Source: an uncultured Oscillospiraceae bacterium (GTDB lineage Bacteria > Bacillota > Clostridia > Christensenellales > CAG-138). From it: a stretch of DNA of 64,000 bases. The stretch is from assembly GCA_964411275.1 (NCBI GenBank), contig CAYPKG010000001.1, forward strand, positions 18,859-82,858, written 5' to 3'. The notes under the pieces are model-generated. The model was not told where the DNA came from and ran no database searches. It saw only the letters and a list, made by a program, of their open reading frames with translations. A program made the translations under genes and the position numbers. Positions 54,710-64,000 of the stretch are shown one piece after another (within the stretch, counting starts at the first letter, position 1; the number at the start of each line of letters is the position of its first letter).

Positions 54710-56092
54710 ATGCTGACTCCCAAAGAAATCGTAGACGCTCTTGATAAATACATCGTGGGCCAGGACAAGGCAAAGCGGGCTGTGGCGGTGGCGCTGAGAA
54801 ACCGCTATCGCAGGAGCCGTTTGCCGGAAGAATTGCGCGAGGAAATCACGCCCAAAAACATCATCATGATGGGGCCCACCGGCGTTGGCAAAACCGAGAT
54901 TGCGCGCCGGCTTGCCAAGCTGGTGGAAGCGCCGTTCGTCAAGGTTGAGGCCACAAAGTTTACGGAGGTTGGCTATGTGGGCCGGGATGTGGACAGCATG
55001 GTGCGCGACCTTGTGGAGGCGTCCATCCGTCTTTGCAAGGATCAGCGCCGGGCGGATGTAAGGCTGATGGCGGAGACAGCGGCGGAGCAGCGGCTGGTGG
55101 ATCTTTTGGTTCCCCTTCGAAAGTCAGAAACCCAGCCTCCCGCCAATCCACTTCAACTGCTTCTGGGCGCGGGCCAGCCGCAAAAGGAGCCACAGATGAG
55201 CGAGGAAGAAAAGCGGGCGCATTTCTCCCGCAGGGACCGTGTGCAGGCTGAACTTCGCGCCGGACGGCTGGAGGACGAGATCGTGGAGGTGGAGGTGGAA
55301 GAACAGTCCGCCGGAAGCGATACCATGATCGCCATGGGCATTGATATTAACATCAATGAGATGCTGGGCGGTATCATGCCGAAAAAGAAAAAGCGCCGGA
55401 AGGTGCCGGTATCCGAAGCCCGGCGCATCCTGGTTCAGGAGGAGTCGGACAAGCTCATTGACATGGATGAGGTCATCCGCGAGGCCGTGAACAAGGCTGA
55501 GCAGGACGGCATTATATTCATCGACGAAATCGATAAGATTGCGGGAAGCGGCTCCCACGGCGGCCCGGATGTATCCCGGGAAGGGGTGCAACGGGACATC
55601 CTGCCCATCGTGGAAGGGAGTACCGTCAACACCAAATACGGCCCCGTCAAAACGGACTATATGCTGTTTATCGCGGCGGGCGCATTTCATGTGGCCAAGG
55701 TGTCCGATCTCATTCCGGAGCTTCAGGGCCGGTTCCCCATCCGGGTAGAGCTTTTGGCATTGACCGAAGAGGATTACGCCCGGATTTTAACACAGCCGGA
55801 GCACGCGGTCACAAAGCAGTACGCTGCGCTTTTGAAAACCGATCATATTGACCTGGTGTTTCGGGAGGACGCGCTTTTGGAAATCGCCCACTATGCTTTT
55901 ATCACCAATGAAACGGCGGAAAATATTGGCGCGCGGCGGCTGCATACCATCATGGAAAACATGTTGGAGGATATTTCCTTTAACGCCACCGGCGACCATC
56001 CGGACATCGAGGTGGTGATCGACGGGGCGTACGTGAAGGAACGGCTCAAGGACGCGCTTGTGGAGCAGGATATTAGGAAATATGTATTGTAA
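54710..56092 (+). CDS. hslU: ATP-dependent protease ATPase subunit HslU
   Basis: [34 protein letters not shown]...[15 protein letters not shown]...[10 protein letters not shown]. Confidence 0.96.
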   Translation: MLTPKEIVDALDKYIVGQDKAKRAVAVALRNRYRRSRLPEELREEITPKNIIMMGPTGVGKTEIARRLAKLVEAPFVKVEATKFTEVGYVGRDVDSMVRDLVEASIRLCKDQRRADVRLMAETAAEQRLVDLLVPLRKSETQPPANPLQLLLGAGQPQKEPQMSEEEKRAHFSRRDRVQAELRAGRLEDEIVEVEVEEQSAGSDTMIAMGIDININEMLGGIMPKKKKRRKVPVSEARRILVQEESDKLIDMDEVIREAVNKAEQDGIIFIDEIDKIAGSGSHGGPDVSREGVQRDILPIVEGSTVNTKYGPVKTDYMLFIAAGAFHVAKVSDLIPELQGRFPIRVELLALTEEDYARILTQPEHAVTKQYAALLKTDHIDLVFREDALLEIAHYAFITNETAENIGARRLHTIMENMLEDISFNATGDHPDIEVVIDGAYVKERLKDALVEQDIRKYVL

Positions 56093-56108
56093 GTGGCGGG
56101 AATGCGGG

Positions 56109-57119
56109 ATGCGGTTACTGGCCGCCTGCCTGTTCATACCATTGCTCCTCACCGCCTGCGCGCCTGCTGAGACATCACAGGCGCAGGCGGGATTGGACGC
56201 GCCCGCTGACATTGAATTTCACGCGCCGGACACCCCTCAGCCAACCCCCACATCTACGCCGGAAATGACCCATGAGCCCACGGCAACGCCAAACATGATA
56301 CATCAGACACCGGCAGGGGTGGCCCCGCTGTCCGCGATTGTTACGCCCAAACCCACCCTTTCGCCTGAACCAAGCCCCGATATAAGCGGGCCGGCAATGG
56401 CCCTAAAAAACGTGAACAATGAGAAGGGGTATGTGCTGGCTCACGATGTAAACTTGCGCCAGGGGCCTGGGACGGAGCATCCCATCGTAGGCGTGCTAGA
56501 CTATCATACAAAGCTTGTCATCACCGCGAAAACCACAGAGCTTGAGGATATTTGGTACCGCGTCACCATTGGGGACAAGCAGGGCTTTATGCTGAAGTCG
56601 TTTGTAGGCCTGGGAGATATTCCCACCCCAACCCCGACGCCAAAGCCTACCCCCAAGGCCACGGCGAAACCAAAGGCCACGCCCAAGCCCACCGAAAAGC
56701 CTGCGGCTATCGAGACACCCGAGCAGGAGGAGAGCATCCCTCAGGGCGATACAGGTGATTACAGCAGCGGCGATATATATCTTGCGGCAAAGCTCATCTA
56801 CGCGGAAGGGAAGGACCAGTCCACTTCAAGCTTCAAGGCGATGGCAAATGTCCTGTATAACCGCTGCGCATCCAGAAAGTTTGGGGGCACGGTAACACAA
56901 GAAGTTTACCGAAGCGGCCAGTTTACCGTTGTTACGTATGACAGCTTTGAGGGTTTGACGCCAAGCAGCAAGGCCATAACCGCGGCGGAAGCCATTTTCA
57001 ATGGCGGCGAGCGGGTGCTTCCATCGGACGTGATGTTTTTTAGAGCTTCCCGCTCCAGCAAGTCCTGGGGAAGCCGGACGTATTATAAAACCATCGGCGG
57101 CAATGATTACTACAGTTGA
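56109..57119 (+). CDS. Lipoprotein with an SH3b domain, a TP/KP-rich linker and a SleB/CwlJ-type cell-wall hydrolase domain
   Basis: MRLLAACLFIPLLLTAC lipobox. SH3b (VNLRQGPGTEHPIVGVL...WYRVTIGDKQGFM). TPTPTPKPTPKATAKPKATPKPTEKP linker. Hydrolase_2-like C-terminus (LAAKLIYAEGKDQS...MANVLYNR...QVYRSGQFT). Confidence 0.8.
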   Translation: MRLLAACLFIPLLLTACAPAETSQAQAGLDAPADIEFHAPDTPQPTPTSTPEMTHEPTATPNMIHQTPAGVAPLSAIVTPKPTLSPEPSPDISGPAMALKNVNNEKGYVLAHDVNLRQGPGTEHPIVGVLDYHTKLVITAKTTELEDIWYRVTIGDKQGFMLKSFVGLGDIPTPTPTPKPTPKATAKPKATPKPTEKPAAIETPEQEESIPQGDTGDYSSGDIYLAAKLIYAEGKDQSTSSFKAMANVLYNRCASRKFGGTVTQEVYRSGQFTVVTYDSFEGLTPSSKAITAAEAIFNGGERVLPSDVMFFRASRSSKSWGSRTYYKTIGGNDYYS

Positions 57120-57139
57120 CGGGGAAGGGAGCCGCATGC

Positions 57140-58447
57140 ATGCGCGTAACGGAACTGATTGAAAAGAAAAAACAGGGTGAACGATTGTCAACCGATGAAA
57201 TCCATGGGTTGATTGAGGGTTATGTGCGGGATGAAATCCCTGATTATCAAATGGCCGCGTTTTTGATGGCGGTATGCCTTTCGGGCATGGATGCGGAGGA
57301 AACCGCGGAGCTAACGCATGCCATGATGCATTCAGGCGACGTGGTGGACTTAAGCGAAATTCCTGGCGTCAAGGTGGATAAGCATTCCACCGGCGGCGTT
57401 GGGGACACCACCACCCTGGTGGTAGCGCCGTTGGTGGCGGCCTGCGGCGGCAAGGTAGCCAAAATGAGCGGGCGCGGGCTTGGGCACACCGGCGGAACGC
57501 TGGACAAGCTGGAGAGCATCCCTGGGCTTAGCGTAGAGCAGCCTCTTGAACGGTTTATCGATCTTGTCAAGAAAAATGGCCTTGCGGTCATCGGGCAGTC
57601 GGGCAACCTGGTGCCGGCGGATAAAAAGATGTACGCCCTTCGGGACGTAACCAGCACGGTTTCCAGCGTGCCGCTCATCGCGTCGAGCATCATGAGCAAA
57701 AAGCTGGCTGCCGGTGCGGACGCCATCGTGCTGGACGTAAAGACCGGATCGGGCGCGTTTATGCAGACGCTGGAGGGCTCCAGGGCGCTGGCGCGCACAA
57801 TGGTGGATATCGGGAAAAACTTAAATCGCCGGGTAGTGGCCCTGATCACCGACATGGATCAGCCCCTGGGACTTGCCGTGGGCAACGCCCTGGAGGTCCG
57901 GGAAGCGGTTGAGCTTTTGTCCGGGCGCATCCCGGCGGGCGATCCCCTGTACGAGGTTTGCATGCTGCTGGGCTCCTACATGCTGGAATTAAGTGGCCTT
58001 ACAAGCGGCAAGGCGGACGCCCGGGGGCAGTTGGAGCGGGCGCTTTCTTCCGGGGCGGGACTTCACAAGTTGCAGGAAATGGTAGCTGCCCAGGGCGGCG
58101 ACGCAAGCTATATCGATATGACCCGCATCGACCGGCTGTGCCAGGTGCGGGAGAAAATCCCCGTCAAGGCTACGGGCGTCGGCCGGGTTACGGCCATGGA
58201 CGCCAGCCGTATCGGCCATGCTGCCCAGATGCTGGGCGCAGGCCGGGCTACGAAAGCGGACGTCATCGACCCTGCGGTAGGGCTTGTGATGCACAAGCGA
58301 TTAGGCGACGCGGTGGCGGCAGGGGAAAACCTTTGCACGCTGTATGTCAACGATGAAACCCGGGTGGAGGAGGCAGTGCGCACCCTTCGGGAAGGTATCG
58401 TTGTACAGCAAAACCGGCCCACCATGGTATATGGCGTGGTGGAATAA
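57140..58447 (+). CDS. pdp: Pyrimidine-nucleoside (thymidine) phosphorylase
   Basis: MRVTELIEKKKQGERLSTDEI...DKHSTGGVGDTTTLVVAPL...SGRGLGHTGGTLDKLE. Confidence 0.93.
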   Translation: MRVTELIEKKKQGERLSTDEIHGLIEGYVRDEIPDYQMAAFLMAVCLSGMDAEETAELTHAMMHSGDVVDLSEIPGVKVDKHSTGGVGDTTTLVVAPLVAACGGKVAKMSGRGLGHTGGTLDKLESIPGLSVEQPLERFIDLVKKNGLAVIGQSGNLVPADKKMYALRDVTSTVSSVPLIASSIMSKKLAAGADAIVLDVKTGSGAFMQTLEGSRALARTMVDIGKNLNRRVVALITDMDQPLGLAVGNALEVREAVELLSGRIPAGDPLYEVCMLLGSYMLELSGLTSGKADARGQLERALSSGAGLHKLQEMVAAQGGDASYIDMTRIDRLCQVREKIPVKATGVGRVTAMDASRIGHAAQMLGAGRATKADVIDPAVGLVMHKRLGDAVAAGENLCTLYVNDETRVEEAVRTLREGIVVQQNRPTMVYGVVE

Positions 58448-58468
58448 AATATAAAGGAGTCGTTTAGC

Positions 58469-59644
58469 ATGAACGTGGGTTTGTTTTGCGATACATTCCC
58501 GCCGGAGCTGGACGGTGTAGGCATGGTGGTGGCAAGCTATGCCAGGGAGCTTACCGCATTACAGGAAAACTGCTTTCTGGTGTCTCCGAAAGCGCCTGAC
58601 GGGCAGGAACATGCATATCCCTGTCCCGTTATTCCGTATCATGGGGTCAGGCTTCCCCAGGCGCCGCAGTATCGGGCAGGACTGCCTGTTCTGGACAATG
58701 CTTACCGGCGGCAAGCGCATAAAGTACAGCTGGATTTGCTGCACGCCCACAGCCCCTTTGGGGCTGGGGTGGAGGCGCTGCGGCTCTCTAGACTACATGA
58801 CGCACCGTTAATCGGCACGTTTCACTCGAAATATTACGATGATTTTTATCAGGCCACCGGCAGCGAGGTCATCGCGGAGGCGGGGGTCAAGCTGATCGTG
58901 AGCTTTTACAATGCCTGCTTTGAGGTGTGGACGGTCAACGAGGCTACGGCCAAGGTGCTGCATGAGTACGGCTATAAACGCGACATCGTCATTATGCCAA
59001 ACGGAACGGACCTGTGGTTTCCCACCCAGGCGGACCGGGACGAGGCCAGCGCCCTATATGGGCTGGGGGACGGGGACGTCTTTTTGTTTGTCGGCCAGCA
59101 GAACTGGAAGAAGAACATCCGCCTGAGCGTTGAGGCGCTGGCGCTGTATAAGAAAGAGAGGCCGCGCTTCAAAATGGTAATGGTGGGCCAGGGGCCCCAT
59201 CAACAGGAAATCAAGGATTTGGTGCATAGACTCAACATGGACGAACAGTTCGTGTTTACTGGGCAGTTGTCCGACCGCAACCGCATGATGGGCCTGTACG
59301 CCCGGGCGGACGCGTTCTTGTTTCCATCGCTTTATGATACGGCAGGGCTGGTGGTACGCGAGGCCGCTGCATCCGGAACGCCGTCGGTGCTGGTGCGAAA
59401 CTCCTGCGCCGCGGAGTGCATTCGGGAAAACGAAAACGGATTTTTATGTGAGGAGACCCCTGAGGATTTATGCCATACCCTCATCAGGATCATGGAGAAC
59501 CCAAAGCTTCGCGAGCGGGTGGGCACAAAGGCAAGGGAAACAATCCCTATACCCTGGCACCGGATCATGAAGGACGTTCAGGTGCGGTACCAGCAGGTAC
59601 GGGAGGAATATGATATGCGTGAAATCCGCATGGAAAAGGAATAG
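58469..59644 (+). CDS. Glycosyltransferase family 4 (GT-B fold)
   Basis: N-terminal FPPELDGVG..., C-terminal EX7E-type region (FLFPSLYDTAGLVVREAAASGTPSV). The substrate is unknown. Confidence 0.8.
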   Translation: MNVGLFCDTFPPELDGVGMVVASYARELTALQENCFLVSPKAPDGQEHAYPCPVIPYHGVRLPQAPQYRAGLPVLDNAYRRQAHKVQLDLLHAHSPFGAGVEALRLSRLHDAPLIGTFHSKYYDDFYQATGSEVIAEAGVKLIVSFYNACFEVWTVNEATAKVLHEYGYKRDIVIMPNGTDLWFPTQADRDEASALYGLGDGDVFLFVGQQNWKKNIRLSVEALALYKKERPRFKMVMVGQGPHQQEIKDLVHRLNMDEQFVFTGQLSDRNRMMGLYARADAFLFPSLYDTAGLVVREAAASGTPSVLVRNSCAAECIRENENGFLCEETPEDLCHTLIRIMENPKLRERVGTKARETIPIPWHRIMKDVQVRYQQVREEYDMREIRMEKE

Positions 59645-59651
59645 AAGAAGC

Positions 59652-62225
59652 ATGGGTAATTTGATTGCCATTGACGGCAACAGTCTTTTGCACAGGGCAT
59701 ATTACGCGCTTCCCAGCATGACCACCAGGGACGGGATACCCACCGGCGCGTTGCACGGATTTTTAAGCATGCTCATCAAGCTGCTGGAGCGGCAGCCCGA
59801 TTATCTGCTGGTGGCATTCGATATGCACGGGCCGACGTTCCGGCACGAGACATACCCCGAATACAAGGCTGGGCGCCGGGAAACGCCTGATGATCTCAGA
59901 ACCCAGTTTCCGCTGCTAAAAGAGATTTTGACCGCCATGGGCATCGCCATCTGCGAGTGCCCAAGCTATGAGGCGGACGATATACTGGGGACATTCGGCA
60001 GGCGCGCAGCAGAGGCGGGGGAGAACGCTCTTCTGGTTACCGGCGACCGGGACGCGCTGCAGCTTGTTTCCGACACCACACATGTGCTGTTAACAAAACG
60101 GGGCATCACGGAGACAATCGAGTATGACCCGGATGCCCTGATGAGCGCTTATGGCCTGACGCCAGACCATATGCGGGATTTGAAGGGGCTTATGGGCGAC
60201 AGCTCAGACAACATCCCCGGTATCCCCGGGGTGGGGGAAAAGACGGCGCTCAAGCTTCTTGGCCAATATGGGACATTGGAAGAGGTTCTTGCCCATGGCC
60301 ATGAAATCAAGGGCAAGCTGGGAGAGAAAGTCACAAACAATGCGGATTTGGCCAGGCTAAGCTACCGCCTTGGAACAATCGACGTCAACGCGCCGTTGGA
60401 GATGACGCTTACGGAGTGTGCGTTTGACCCTCAGCGGCTTGGGGATGCTGCGGGGATTTTGCAGCGGTTGGAGCTTCGGGCGATTTATGCCCGCCTTCCC
60501 GGGCCTGCGGCAATGAAAGTGGCGAAGGCAACGCCGCAAGAAGCCGCCGCCACCATCAGGGTGGAGGACGAAATTACCCTGGGGCAGGTGGTGGAAACGC
60601 TCAAAAAGGCAAAGCGGCTTGCCCTGGCGCTGGCGGAGGATGTGCTGTATCTCACTGCCACGGGCGCCGACCAGTACGCAGTATCGTTTCAGGGGACGCT
60701 ACTTGAGCCGGGGCTGAACCCCAAAGACGTATTTCAATGCCTTATTCCCCTGCTTGAGAACCCTAAGATTGAGAAAATGCTCTTTGACGCCAAGTGGTGG
60801 ATGCATGCAATCGATAAGCAGGGCGGGCATATTGCGGGCGTCACATTTGACGCCATGATCGTGGACTATTTATGCAACGCCATCCGCCCGGCCCAAACCC
60901 TGCAGGGGCTCCTGGACACCCGTTTGGGGCCGGGGACGAAGGCGGACGCGGCGGCGCTTTTTCACCTGTACGGGCCCATGATGCAGGAGCTTCGCGACAA
61001 CGGCCTTTACAAGCTTTATGAAGAGGTGGAGCTTCCGCTCATCATCGTATTGTATGATATGGAGCGGGAGGGGTTCGCTGTGGACGCCGACATATTGCGG
61101 CAACTGCAGGGGTCTTTCAGCACCCGCATTGAGGAGCTTGCGGGCGAGATATATGAGCTTGCGGGCGAACGCTTCAACATCCTCTCCACAAAGCAATTGG
61201 GAAACGTGTTGTTTGAAAAATTGGGGCTTCCGGCAATGCGAAAAACAAAAACCGGGTACTCCACCGATGCGGACGTGCTGGAGCAGCTTTCAGATAAACA
61301 CCCCATCGTGGCTTTGGTGCAGGAGTATCGGTTTTTGACAAAGCTGAAAAGCACGTTTGTGGATGGGCTTCTCAATATGCTGGATCAAAAAACCGGCAGG
61401 GTTTATACCAGCTTTAATCAAAACGTGACGGCGACTGGCCGCATTTCCAGCACGGAGCCAAATTTGCAAAATATCCCCGTGCGCACAGCGTTGGGCAGGG
61501 AAATCCGAAAAGCGTTTGTGGCAAGCCCCGGGCGGGTTCTATTGGGGGCGGATTATTCCCAGATTGAGCTGCGGCTTCTCGCCCACATCAGCGGGGACCA
61601 GACAATGATCAATGCTTTCCTGGATGGGGGCGACATTCACACACGCACGGCAAGCGAGGTGTTTCACACGCCTCTTGATGAGGTCACGCCTGAGCAGCGC
61701 AGCGCGGCCAAAGCGGTGAACTTCGGGATCGTATACGGCATCAGCGGCTTTGGCTTGGCGCGGAACCTCTCAATCTCGAGAAAACAGGCGGAGGAATATA
61801 TCAGCCGGTATCTCGAGCGGTATCCGAAGGTGCACGCATTCATGCTGGAAAGTGTGCAGCGGGGGAAGGAAGAGGGCTGCGTGCGGACGCTGATGGGCCG
61901 AATTAGGGCGCTGCCTGAGCTGAAGAGCGGCAATTATAATACCCGCTCCTTTGGGGAGCGTGTGGCCATGAACATGCCCATACAGGGCACTGCGGCGGAC
62001 ATCATTAAGCTGGCCATGGTGCGGGTGCACCGGGCGCTTGCTAAGAAGGGATTTCAGGCAAAGCTGATTTTGCAGGTACATGACGAATTGATTGTGGATA
62101 CGCCCATTGAGGAAACGGATGCGGTCAGCGTGCTTTTGAAGGACTGCATGCAGGATGTGATGAAGCTTTCCGTGCCTCTTTTGGCGGACGTAAAAACCGG
62201 CCAAAGCTGGTTTGAAACCAAATGA
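59652..62225 (+). CDS. polA: DNA polymerase I
   Basis: 5'-nuclease domain (LIAIDGNSLLHRAYYA...GIPGVGEKTA). Pol motifs A (LLGADYSQIELRLLAH), B (RSAAKAVNFGIVYG) and C (LQVHDELIV). Confidence 0.96.
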   Translation: MGNLIAIDGNSLLHRAYYALPSMTTRDGIPTGALHGFLSMLIKLLERQPDYLLVAFDMHGPTFRHETYPEYKAGRRETPDDLRTQFPLLKEILTAMGIAICECPSYEADDILGTFGRRAAEAGENALLVTGDRDALQLVSDTTHVLLTKRGITETIEYDPDALMSAYGLTPDHMRDLKGLMGDSSDNIPGIPGVGEKTALKLLGQYGTLEEVLAHGHEIKGKLGEKVTNNADLARLSYRLGTIDVNAPLEMTLTECAFDPQRLGDAAGILQRLELRAIYARLPGPAAMKVAKATPQEAAATIRVEDEITLGQVVETLKKAKRLALALAEDVLYLTATGADQYAVSFQGTLLEPGLNPKDVFQCLIPLLENPKIEKMLFDAKWWMHAIDKQGGHIAGVTFDAMIVDYLCNAIRPAQTLQGLLDTRLGPGTKADAAALFHLYGPMMQELRDNGLYKLYEEVELPLIIVLYDMEREGFAVDADILRQLQGSFSTRIEELAGEIYELAGERFNILSTKQLGNVLFEKLGLPAMRKTKTGYSTDADVLEQLSDKHPIVALVQEYRFLTKLKSTFVDGLLNMLDQKTGRVYTSFNQNVTATGRISSTEPNLQNIPVRTALGREIRKAFVASPGRVLLGADYSQIELRLLAHISGDQTMINAFLDGGDIHTRTASEVFHTPLDEVTPEQRSAAKAVNFGIVYGISGFGLARNLSISRKQAEEYISRYLERYPKVHAFMLESVQRGKEEGCVRTLMGRIRALPELKSGNYNTRSFGERVAMNMPIQGTAADIIKLAMVRVHRALAKKGFQAKLILQVHDELIVDTPIEETDAVSVLLKDCMQDVMKLSVPLLADVKTGQSWFETK

Positions 62226-62839
62226 GCGCCAGGGGATTTCAGCGAATTGGGCTGACAGGCGGCATCGGCTCGGGGAAATCTACCGTCAGCCGCCGCCTGA
62301 AAGCGCTTGGCGCGCATGTGATCGATGCGGATGAGGGCGCGCGGGCGGTGGTAGAGCCGGGAACACCTGGATTGCTGGCTGTTGCCGCCCGCTTTGGCCG
62401 GGATATGATACGCCCGGACGGAAGCCTTGACAGGAGCAAGCTGGGGCGGCTTGTGTTTCAGAACCCGGGGGAGCGGGAAGCATTAAACGGGATATTGCAT
62501 CCACATATCCGGCGCTGGATGCTGGCACAGGAAGCAAGCGTCGCAAAGCCTGGGGGATTTGTCATATGGGACGTGCCGCTTTTGATCGAGGTGGGCATGC
62601 AAAAGGAGATGGATGCGGTTTGGCTGGTTGTAGCGAACGAGTCTGTAAGGCAGAACCGCATCGCGAAACGGGACGGCTGCACCATAGAGGAGGCCCGGCT
62701 GCGCATAAAAGCGCAGATGCCTGAAGGGGAAAAGCGCAAATACGCGGACGTGATCATTGACAACAGCGGGGATTTGGCGGCTCTTTATCGACGGGTGGAC
62801 GCGCTTTACGCGCGGGAAAACGAGGAACATGGAACGTAG
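62222..62839 (+). CDS. coaE: Dephospho-CoA kinase
   Basis: IGLTGGIGSGKSTVS...VIDADE...WDVPLLIE. Confidence 0.9.
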   Translation: MSARGFQRIGLTGGIGSGKSTVSRRLKALGAHVIDADEGARAVVEPGTPGLLAVAARFGRDMIRPDGSLDRSKLGRLVFQNPGEREALNGILHPHIRRWMLAQEASVAKPGGFVIWDVPLLIEVGMQKEMDAVWLVVANESVRQNRIAKRDGCTIEEARLRIKAQMPEGEKRKYADVIIDNSGDLAALYRRVDALYARENEEHGT

Positions 62840-63431
62840 AGATGGAAAACAGCGCGTGCGGCGCAGAGGTATGCTGGTGATAGCGGGCGTGCTGCTGATA
62901 GTAATGGCGGCAGTGGCGGCCTTTTATGTGAGCCGTGTTTTGGAAAAGCGCACCTATCCCATGGTATATCCTGATTTGATCGAGAAATATGCCCTGGAGT
63001 TTGATATCGATCCGTACCTGGTAGCGGCGGTAATCCACACGGAAAGCAGCAATATAAAGGACGCGGTCAGCTCCTCCGGGGCGGTGGGGCTGATGCAGGT
63101 GATGCCCACCACCGGCGAGTGGATTGCGGGAAAACTGGACATTTTAGACTTCACCACAGAGCGGCTGTACGAGCCGGAGTTGAATGTTCGCTTCGGCTGC
63201 TGGTATTTGAGATTTCTCGCGGACCGCCTGGATGAGGACAGGGCTTTGATGCTGGCTGCCTATAATGCCGGCCATGGAAACGTGGATAAATGGCTGAACG
63301 ATCCGGAAATCTCCGAAAACGGCCAGCTGATCAATATTCCGTTCCCGGAAACCAAACGATATGTTGAAAAGGTGCAACGCGCATATGAAAAATACACAAA
63401 CCTATATCCGGATCAATGGGATGAAGCATAA
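62829..63431 (+). CDS. Membrane-anchored lytic transglycosylase (SLT domain)
   Basis: N-terminal TM segment. VAAVIHTESSNIKDAVSSSGAVGLMQVMPTTGEW has the catalytic Glu in the TES motif, and AYNAGHGNV follows. The start was moved from 62757 to 62829 (RBS GAGGA). Confidence 0.85.
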   Translation: MERRDGKQRVRRRGMLVIAGVLLIVMAAVAAFYVSRVLEKRTYPMVYPDLIEKYALEFDIDPYLVAAVIHTESSNIKDAVSSSGAVGLMQVMPTTGEWIAGKLDILDFTTERLYEPELNVRFGCWYLRFLADRLDEDRALMLAAYNAGHGNVDKWLNDPEISENGQLINIPFPETKRYVEKVQRAYEKYTNLYPDQWDEA

Positions 63432-64000
63432 ATGCATTGCCATTCTTTTGTGCGTGCTGCTGGCGGTTTTGCCTGCTGGCTGCAAGCGGCAGGAGAATGA
63501 ACCGCAATCCACGCCCACGCCCACAGAGATTGCCATGGCGACAGCGTCTCCCGTGCCGTTGCAAGGGGGGGAATTTTCGCTGCCTATGCCCATCAACCCC
63601 TTTACATCAGAGACTGATACCGGCACCGGCGTCACGCCGCTGACAATCAACACCGAGGAGATGCGCAACATCTGCTCTCTCATCAGCGAGCCGCTGGTAC
63701 GCTGCGACGCCAACAACCGGATCGTCCCCAGCCTAGCCGAAAAATGGAGCGTAGATGAAACCGGACTGGTGTGGACATTTCAGCTTCGAAAGGGCGTACG
63801 CTGGCACGACGGAACAGGCACCTTGAGCGCCCAGGACGTGCTGTATACATACGATCAGATCCGGGCTATGAGTGATAGTTGCTATTATTACAGTTTTCTT
63901 GAAGAGTTCGTGTCCGGCTGCGAACAGATCGACGAGCTGTCCGTGCGTGTCACGATGAAAAGCAAGGGATATATGAGCCTTTATGCCATGCTTTTTCCCA
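63421..64000 (+). CDS. ABC transporter substrate-binding lipoprotein, family 5 (peptide/nickel type), N-terminal part; continues beyond the window
   Basis: My translation is MKHKCIAILLCVLLAVLPAGC (lipobox)...SLAEKWSVDETGLVWTFQLRKGVRWHDGTGTLSAQDVLYTY, which is SBP_bac_5-like. It is missing from the ORF track because there is no stop in-window. Confidence 0.75.
   Translation, partial: MKHKCIAILLCVLLAVLPAGCKRQENEPQSTPTPTEIAMATASPVPLQGGEFSLPMPINPFTSETDTGTGVTPLTINTEEMRNICSLISEPLVRCDANNRIVPSLAEKWSVDETGLVWTFQLRKGVRWHDGTGTLSAQDVLYTYDQIRAMSDSCYYYSFLEEFVSGCEQIDELSVRVTMKSKGYMSLYAMLFP

Noticed and set aside
63437-63643. 68-aa track ORF MPFFCACCWRF...
   Set aside because: It is the wrong frame. The frame starting at the ATG at 63421 gives a lipobox signal peptide and SBP_bac_5-like sequence that stays open to the end of the window.

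Overview
This is a 64-kb chromosomal window with roughly 58-60% GC, judged by eye. The gene content looks like a spore-forming, high-GC member of the Clostridia. That inference rests on Prp-processed L27, GerQ/SleB/DUF421-type spore genes, a Cheo-type LexA box, and Hfq with MutSL. I support about 58 protein-coding genes. From 7 kb onward almost all are on the + strand and sit in housekeeping blocks: rplU-prp-rpmA; a contiguous phosphate cluster (secreted GLUG/purple-acid-phosphatase-like enzyme, pstSCAB, phoU, a PhoP/PhoR-type two-component pair); rpmB; rplM-rpsI; miaB-ylbF-like-mutS-mutL-miaA-hfq-ynbB-like with convergent lexA; aroE/aroQ; a class A PBP; a second two-component pair; comM-dprA-topA-trmFO-hslVU; pdp; polA-coaE; and several cell-wall or spore-cortex hydrolases. 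I saw no rRNA, tRNA or CRISPR array. I did not find a convincing, complete novel multi-gene system and I am not claiming one. The observations most worth follow-up are: (1) an XRE-HTH protein fused to a desulfoferrodoxin-like module at 23.0-23.6 kb; (2) a 220-nt, hairpin-dense intergenic segment bracketed by two near-identical terminators downstream of rpsI; (3) a serine-recombinase island lying against a 5'-truncated feoB at 1-4.9 kb; (4) twin PurR/LacI-type palindromes around a consensus promoter for the secreted phosphatase; (5) a LexA box shared by lexA and a divergent cysteine-rich small protein; (6) a histidine kinase with a (KEKAA)n C-terminal tail. Start codons were re-chosen by eye from RBS context where the ORF track over-extends. 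All family calls come from motif recognition, not database searches.
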